Below are positions 58,946-64,000 of a stretch of 64,000 nucleotides of DNA, piece after piece. This DNA comes from Clostridia bacterium (lineage in GTDB: Bacteria > Acidobacteriota > Terriglobia > Terriglobales > Acidobacteriaceae): assembly GCA_035627675.1 (NCBI GenBank), contig DASPLH010000062.1, positions 1,500 through 65,499 on the forward strand, written 5' to 3'. A program made the translations under genes and the position numbers. Below the pieces are notes generated by a model. It was not told where the DNA came from. It made no database searches and saw nothing but the letters and a program-made list of their open reading frames with translations. Each line of letters begins with the position of its first letter. Position 1 is the first letter of the stretch.

Positions 58946-59746
58946 TCAGTCGTAGCGCTCGTAGACGATCTGCTTGCGGTCCCAGCCGAACTCCTCTTTG
59001 AGCAGTTTGCGGTTAGCGGAGACCATGTCGTTGAGTCCGCAGATGTAGGCTTCCATGTCCTTGCGGCCGTTGACGATCTCTTTCACGCGTTCCTGCACGT
59101 ATCCGCGCGGCCCGGTCCAGTCCTCTGGCGGGCGGCTGAGAGTGACAACATAGTGGAAGTTAGGGTGTTCGGCTGCTAGCTTCTCGAACTCTTCTCTGTA
59201 ATAGATATCCTGCGGGTATCGCGTGCCGTAGATGAGCCAATAGTGGTGTCCTTCATGGCGTGCCGGGTCGGCGAGCAGCCAGTGAACCATGCCGCGAAAA
59301 GGCGCGATGCCGGTTCCGGTGCCGACGAAGATCGTGTCGCGGCGTTCGGGATGCAGCACGAAGTGGCCGTGAGGTCCGTGGAGATGGACTTCGTGTCCGA
59401 CCTCGAGATCGCAGAGGTAGTTGGACATGAAGCCTTCGTCCACGCGGTTGAGGCAGAGGTCGAACGTGTTGTCGCCGCGAGGCGGAGAGGCGAGCGAGTA
59501 GGCGCGCGTGACGAGTTTGCCGTCCTGCTTCGGCTCGCGGATGGAGACAAACTGTCCGGCGCCGAAGTCGAAGCGGTCGTGTCCCAGCACTTCGAATTCG
59601 AGATGACTGGTCTTGTCCGAAAGCAAGACGGAGCGCGTGAGCCGCGCCGTAAGAAGATCTCTTTCCAATCCCGTCCCCGGCGGTTTTGTAGAGTACAAAT
59701 GATTGTAGACCAACCCCTCGCTCGAGGAGTTTGACTGGGTGTCCAT
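58946..59746 (-). CDS. Ferredoxin-NADP+ reductase-family FAD/NAD(P)-binding oxidoreductase
   Basis: Start chosen at MDTQSN (59746). Has RAYSLAS (RxYS FAD motif), GTGTGIAPF and YICG. The longer 402-aa ORF upstream is probably spurious. Confidence 0.8.
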   Translation of the reverse strand: MDTQSNSSSEGLVYNHLYSTKPPGTGLERDLLTARLTRSVLLSDKTSHLEFEVLGHDRFDFGAGQFVSIREPKQDGKLVTRAYSLASPPRGDNTFDLCLNRVDEGFMSNYLCDLEVGHEVHLHGPHGHFVLHPERRDTIFVGTGTGIAPFRGMVHWLLADPARHEGHHYWLIYGTRYPQDIYYREEFEKLAAEHPNFHYVVTLSRPPEDWTGPRGYVQERVKEIVNGRKDMEAYICGLNDMVSANRKLLKEEFGWDRKQIVYERYD

Positions 59747-59756
59747 AGGAGAATGG

Positions 59757-60719
59757 ATGGCGGAAACGTTTCGCGGGCTTCTTTTCCTTCTGCTTCTGAG
59801 CGTTTGCGCATCGGCGCAGTCCGGGCCGAGAACGGTGGCGGTCACGGTTGACGATATTCCGATCGGCGGCCGCAAGAACCCGGCGACAGCGAAGGAAATC
59901 CAGAACATCAATCGGCGAATCGTCGAGGCGCTGAAAAAGCGCAAGGTGCTGGCCGTGGGCTTCGTGAACGCCGGCCGTTTCCTTGATGTTCCGGGCATGG
60001 AACCCAAGATCGCCCGGAGCGTGCTCGGAGAGTGGCTGCGACAGGGCATGACACTCGGCAACCACACGCACTCGCATCCCAACCTGAACGAGATTACGGT
60101 CGAGGAATATACGAAGGACATCGTGCGGGGCGAAGCCTTGTTGAACGAGGTCATGGCTCCGACCGGACGGAAGCTGCGCCACTTCCGTTATCCTTACAAC
60201 TTCCTCGGGCCGACGGAGGAGAAGAAGAGGCAGGTGCAGGAGTTCCTCGCCGGCCGCGGATACCAGATCGCGACCTGCACGGTGTACAACGCGGACTGGG
60301 TGTTTGCCGATGTGTATGCGGACGACCTGAGCCGCAACGACCCGGCGTCCGCGCGGCAGGTGCTGGAAGCGTACCTGCAATTCACGGCGGAGATGTTCGA
60401 CTACCACGAGCAACGTTCGCGAGAGCTCTTCGGCCGCGAAATCCCGCTGGTGTTCCTGGTCCACGCGAACCAACTCAACGCCGATGCGATGGAACGACTG
60501 CTGGACCTGATCGCCCGGCGCGGCTACCGCTTCGAGACGCTCGACCGCGTGCAGGCCGACCCGGCATACGCGACACCGGACACTTATGTCGGGACGAGCG
60601 GCCCGATGTGGCAGGAGCGATGGGCGTCCTCGCTCGGCAAAGAGTCGAAAGTGAATAAGGATCCGGATCCGCCGAAATGGGTGCTGGACGCGTATCGCAA
60701 GGTGAGTCGAAGACCGTAG
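59757..60719 (+). CDS. Polysaccharide deacetylase (NodB-homology) family protein
   Basis: ATG at 59757 after AGGAGA. Signal peptide present. Has TVDDIP and GNHTHSHPNL. Confidence 0.8.
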   Translation: MAETFRGLLFLLLLSVCASAQSGPRTVAVTVDDIPIGGRKNPATAKEIQNINRRIVEALKKRKVLAVGFVNAGRFLDVPGMEPKIARSVLGEWLRQGMTLGNHTHSHPNLNEITVEEYTKDIVRGEALLNEVMAPTGRKLRHFRYPYNFLGPTEEKKRQVQEFLAGRGYQIATCTVYNADWVFADVYADDLSRNDPASARQVLEAYLQFTAEMFDYHEQRSRELFGREIPLVFLVHANQLNADAMERLLDLIARRGYRFETLDRVQADPAYATPDTYVGTSGPMWQERWASSLGKESKVNKDPDPPKWVLDAYRKVSRRP

Positions 60720-60742
60720 GTCGGTACATCATCCCGGAACAT

Positions 60743-62290
60743 CTATCGCCGAGGACCTCGATACTCCTCGAGCGAGAAATCCCTCAGCGACAGCTCAGTG
60801 CGCAATTTGCGCACTGGTTCGGGATTGCTGAGGGTGACAGGCGTCCCGGGGCAAATGCCGGTACTACTCCGCTGGGGGGAGTCGGTCCAGTGCGTAAGAC
60901 CCACACTGAACTCCTGCAGCGGGTTGATGCCAGGCTCGGCAGGTGCCGAGCTCTCGTCGGAGATCCATCCCCTTGCTATTGCACCTTTCTCCGGCGGGGA
61001 TTGTTCGTCGCCACTCTGACAGGTGCTACGGGAGGCGTCCGCGGTGATCAGCAGAAATGATGGTCGTCGCAAGGGAGCGCGACAGTAAAGACTTCTTGTG
61101 AATCGATGCTCTGCTGAGCACACCCCGGCATCGGCCAACGCGAAGTCCCCTGATGGAACGACAAACTCCCGCCGGTTTTTGTCCTCGTAGACCGTGACGG
61201 CAAGCGACATGTGCAGGTTTACCGGCGAGGACTTCATCCGCTCATAGACGCCCCTCTTAAGCTGGAGAATCAGCTGCGTGTTCTTCTGACCCGGAAACAG
61301 AAACACGCCCTGGTACTTCCAGCCGGAGTCCCACCGGAAGCCATCACGAGATTGGACTTCGTACAGGACGCCATGCAAGCGAACGATAGAGTCGGGTGCG
61401 ATACCAGACACCGCGAAAGGCAAAAAGATCAGTACATCTTCTGCGCCGCGCTCTGAGGGAAGATCGGTTGGTTGCGGCTTGAGATCGGGAACGAGCGCCA
61501 ATTGAAACGGCGGTTGATCTCCTTCTGAGAGTTGCGGAAAACGCCGCGCTACGAGACTCCGATACGGAGTGACGGCGAGGAGGACGATGCAAGCGATACC
61601 GAAGCCGACGATGAGCAGTCGAGAGGCGAAAGTCTTCCGGCGGGCGTATTGCAACAGTATGACCGCGAGACAGACAGCGATGAAGAACACGCCAGTGAGC
61701 GAACCGGAGGAGCCAAACCGTGAACTTGGGATTTGCTCTGACAGCCATGACCCGCCGATAAGGTAGAGCAGCACCAACAGCAGAGCCAGAAAGAACTGTG
61801 CAACTGACGCTGTCACGGTGGCGAGCGCCGCCGCGGGCAAGACCAGAATGATCAGAATGGTCAATTGCATCCACAGCAGCCCGGTGAGGTATTGCTGGGG
61901 CGCAAAGCCCGCTGCCTTGAGCAGGAAGACATCCAATACGAAGAGTGGCAGATTGATGAATGTTAAGACGAACAGTGTCTTAGCGGCGAGCAACTTCGTC
62001 CATTCGAATGGCCGCGTCACCCAGAACTGGCGGTCGCCGACGAGGGACTCTCCCTGGATAGCGCGCGCGATCACAAAAAGCCAGACGACGGGGATCAGGA
62101 ACCCAACCAGCCCCGATATAGGTGGCCACACGGACGAAACGCCGTAGCCGACCGCATAAGCGCCTAATCCTCCTTCAGACCAACTGCGCACCTCCTGCCA
62201 ACCGAAGGCGGATAACAGAGCTACGGCAGCCAGTGTCTCGCGCCAGTAATGACGGAGATCCTTGAGGAAAACGCTCATCACTTGGTTCAT
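60743..62290 (-). CDS. Large membrane protein of the YtrA-type ABC operon (putative permease component)
   Basis: ATG at 62290 after GAGG. Six or more N-terminal TM helices, then a roughly 250-aa non-membrane C-terminal domain. Confidence 0.6.
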   Translation of the reverse strand: MNQVMSVFLKDLRHYWRETLAAVALLSAFGWQEVRSWSEGGLGAYAVGYGVSSVWPPISGLVGFLIPVVWLFVIARAIQGESLVGDRQFWVTRPFEWTKLLAAKTLFVLTFINLPLFVLDVFLLKAAGFAPQQYLTGLLWMQLTILIILVLPAAALATVTASVAQFFLALLLVLLYLIGGSWLSEQIPSSRFGSSGSLTGVFFIAVCLAVILLQYARRKTFASRLLIVGFGIACIVLLAVTPYRSLVARRFPQLSEGDQPPFQLALVPDLKPQPTDLPSERGAEDVLIFLPFAVSGIAPDSIVRLHGVLYEVQSRDGFRWDSGWKYQGVFLFPGQKNTQLILQLKRGVYERMKSSPVNLHMSLAVTVYEDKNRREFVVPSGDFALADAGVCSAEHRFTRSLYCRAPLRRPSFLLITADASRSTCQSGDEQSPPEKGAIARGWISDESSAPAEPGINPLQEFSVGLTHWTDSPQRSSTGICPGTPVTLSNPEPVRKLRTELSLRDFSLEEYRGPRR

Positions 62291-62303
62291 CGTTCGAACC
62301 TCG

Positions 62304-63203
62304 CTACGCGGTCTCTCGCCCGGCCCTGGCCATGGCAAGGAATATTGATCTGAGTGACATTGGGGCGAATGTCACATCCTTAGCTTCCCCGAACACAGTG
62401 CGGACGTCGGCGCTGGTCCTTGCCTCATCAAAGCGGCTTTCGACGAAACGGATGACCGCAGCCGAGGAGGCAACATGCATCCACGTCTCCGGCAACCTGT
62501 TTGGCATACGTGGAGGAGCGGCAAACGTCAATTCGACCTCGCGAAAACGCTCGGCCAACGAGGTCAGTTCCTCGGAAAAGCGCAGACAGCCTTGCTCGAG
62601 ATAGCCGATGTGACTTGCGAAGCTCTCGATTTCCGCCAGGTCGTGAGAAGAGATGAAGATCGTTGATTCCTCGGCGCGCTCCAGAAGTCCCTGGATGAGT
62701 TCATCGCGCACGAGTGGATCGAGACCCGTGAATGGCTCGTCCAGCACGATGAGCTTCGGATGGTAAGCGAGCGCACTCGCCAGAGCGGCCTTCACTCGCA
62801 TTCCACGCGAAAGGTTGCGGAGCTTGCGGTCAAGCGGCAATTCAAACTGGCGTATAAGCTGCTCTTCCAGGCTGCGGTCCCAGGTGGGATAGAACGGCCG
62901 CAGGAAATCGAAAAACGACCCTACTCGCATCCACTCCGGCAATTCCTGGTTTTCCGAGACGTAGCCGATCGAGGTGAAGGCGCGCCCGCGCAGTTCTGTG
63001 GAGTCGAGGCCCAGAACCTCTGCGCGCCCTTGGGTCGCACTGATGATATTCATCAGAATCTTTATTGCCGTAGTCTTGCCGGCGCCGTTCGGTCCGACAA
63101 ACGCGTAAACGGCGCCCTCGGGCACGGAAAGACTGAGATCGCGCAGCGCATCGAACTTGCGGAATGTTTTCGTTAAATTGTCGGTGCGAATAGCGTCTTT
63201 CAT
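62304..63203 (-). CDS. ABC transporter ATP-binding protein
   Basis: Walker A GPNGAGKTT, signature LSRGMRVK, Walker B LIVLDEP. Confidence 0.9.
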   Translation of the reverse strand: MKDAIRTDNLTKTFRKFDALRDLSLSVPEGAVYAFVGPNGAGKTTAIKILMNIISATQGRAEVLGLDSTELRGRAFTSIGYVSENQELPEWMRVGSFFDFLRPFYPTWDRSLEEQLIRQFELPLDRKLRNLSRGMRVKAALASALAYHPKLIVLDEPFTGLDPLVRDELIQGLLERAEESTIFISSHDLAEIESFASHIGYLEQGCLRFSEELTSLAERFREVELTFAAPPRMPNRLPETWMHVASSAAVIRFVESRFDEARTSADVRTVFGEAKDVTFAPMSLRSIFLAMARAGRETA

Positions 63204-63622
63204 GGATCGCCACGTCCTTCCCGGCTGGACTTGCGTGAGACTCGGGCTTCTAAACGCTTCCAGTGCGAAGAAACCGATGTGAGGATTTCCTCCAGCCCGA
63301 TGCCGAGTTTTTTGGATTCGACGACGAGCTGTTCGACATCATGACCAAGCAATTGGGCGCGTTCGGCCGCCCTGGGTTCAGGCAACGATGAGACGACGGT
63401 ACCAATGCCGGGGTGGGTTTCCAGTAGTCCCGCTGTGATCAGGTGAGTCACAACTTTGTGAGCCGTATTGGGATTGATCTTCAGTTCCCGGCTGAGAACA
63501 CGCACCGAAGGGAACGCATCTCCGGGACGGAGCTGGCCGGAAATGATCGCTTTCTTCGCGGCGTAGACGATCTGCTCGTAAAGGGAGACGCCAGGCCTGA
63601 AATCTGTACGGAACGGAATCAC
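63200..63622 (-). CDS. GntR-family (YtrA-subfamily) transcriptional regulator
   Basis: LRPGDAFPSVRVLSRELKINPNTAHKVVTHL is a winged HTH, and the C-terminal domain is short. Overlaps the ATPase gene by 4 nt. Confidence 0.88.
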   Translation of the reverse strand: MIPFRTDFRPGVSLYEQIVYAAKKAIISGQLRPGDAFPSVRVLSRELKINPNTAHKVVTHLITAGLLETHPGIGTVVSSLPEPRAAERAQLLGHDVEQLVVESKKLGIGLEEILTSVSSHWKRLEARVSRKSSREGRGDP

Positions 63623-63705
63623 GGAGCCGTACTATAACGCGTGATACACCTCAGCGCAACTGACAATTTCCTTCTGACTTCATGAGTCGGGCCGGGGAGG
63701 GAGAC

Positions 63706-63822
63706 ATGGGCGAGCGGCGATTCGCGGGGAAAGTCGTGCTGACCACGGGTGGCAGTTCGGGCATTGGTCGCGCGACAGCCCCTCTGATTGCGGATGGCGG
63801 GACGACGTCGTCGTTCCGATAG
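63706..63822 (+). pseudogene. Truncated/frameshifted SDR gene remnant
   Basis: MGERRFAGKVVLTTGGSSGIGRATAPLIADGG, then a stop after 38 codons. A +1-shifted frame continues DDVVVPIGKEKASAAA for about 20 SDR-like residues and then degenerates. Confidence 0.45.
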
Positions 63823-64000
63823 GGAAGGAGAAGGCCTCGGCCGCTGCGCGGCCTCGGGCTGGATCAACACGCCACCCCTCCCCAGAGCTTACGCGTTGCT
63901 CGCGACGCTCTCCCACCCCAGCGAGCTTCGCTCGCCGGGGACCCCGGTTGGGCTAACTCCAGGCCCGGCCTCGCTGCGTTGGACGGTTCGAGGCATCGCC

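Overview
High-GC bacterial chromosomal window. Gene content and protein sequences suggest Acidobacteriota, but that is an inference from memory, not a search. It is mostly conserved housekeeping genes. Left to right: a ThiF/MoeB-type E1 enzyme; an outer-membrane biogenesis block (1059-aa BamA, SurA-N-domain protein, TamB, then pcm); engB; the protease/chaperone block lon, clpX, clpP, tig; a small accessory stretch (Ser/Thr/Gly-rich secreted protein, cupin, family-5-like uracil-DNA glycosylase, GT39/ArnT-like glycosyltransferase, DUF3467, msrA, orphan histidine kinase); tRNA-Leu(UAG); rnd; erpA/iscA. A 10.6-kb single-strand cluster follows: pilA, ABC ATPase, ABC-2 permease, TPR protein, LolA-like protein, PilC, PilB, PilM, PilN, PilO, PilP-like protein and an atypical GspG-like protein. 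Then come an M16 peptidase, rlmN, a large TPR lipoprotein, DUF4142/DUF1440/DUF72/SDR genes, and a ferritin-like / small Cys protein / radical-SAM-SPASM trio. After these are a LuxR-type two-component pair, a heat-shock operon (dnaK, small ORF, zinc-finger-less DnaJ, hspR), an FNR-like reductase, a polysaccharide deacetylase and a GntR(YtrA)-ABC operon. I saw no transposase, integrase, CRISPR array or rRNA. No single region clearly stands out as a novel system. The most unusual features are listed here. (1) The pilus/T2SS-like supercluster has no secretin in the window and ends in a non-canonical pseudopilin-like protein. (2) The last 42 nt of clpP recur three times with a 70-bp period inside an unusually long clpP-clpX spacer. 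(3) An uncharacterised 60-73 aa ORF and a repeat-rich 340-bp spacer occupy the place where grpE sits in Streptomyces-type dnaK-hspR operons. (4) Three families of short intergenic repeats occur: CCCACATC...GATGTGGG hairpins, 7-8 bp CTGCTGAG-type tandem units, and a 73-bp tandem of GC hairpins. (5) A ferritin-like / Cys-protein / rSAM-SPASM gene neighbourhood has no obvious substrate. All family assignments come from reading motifs in the supplied translations. No database search was run.
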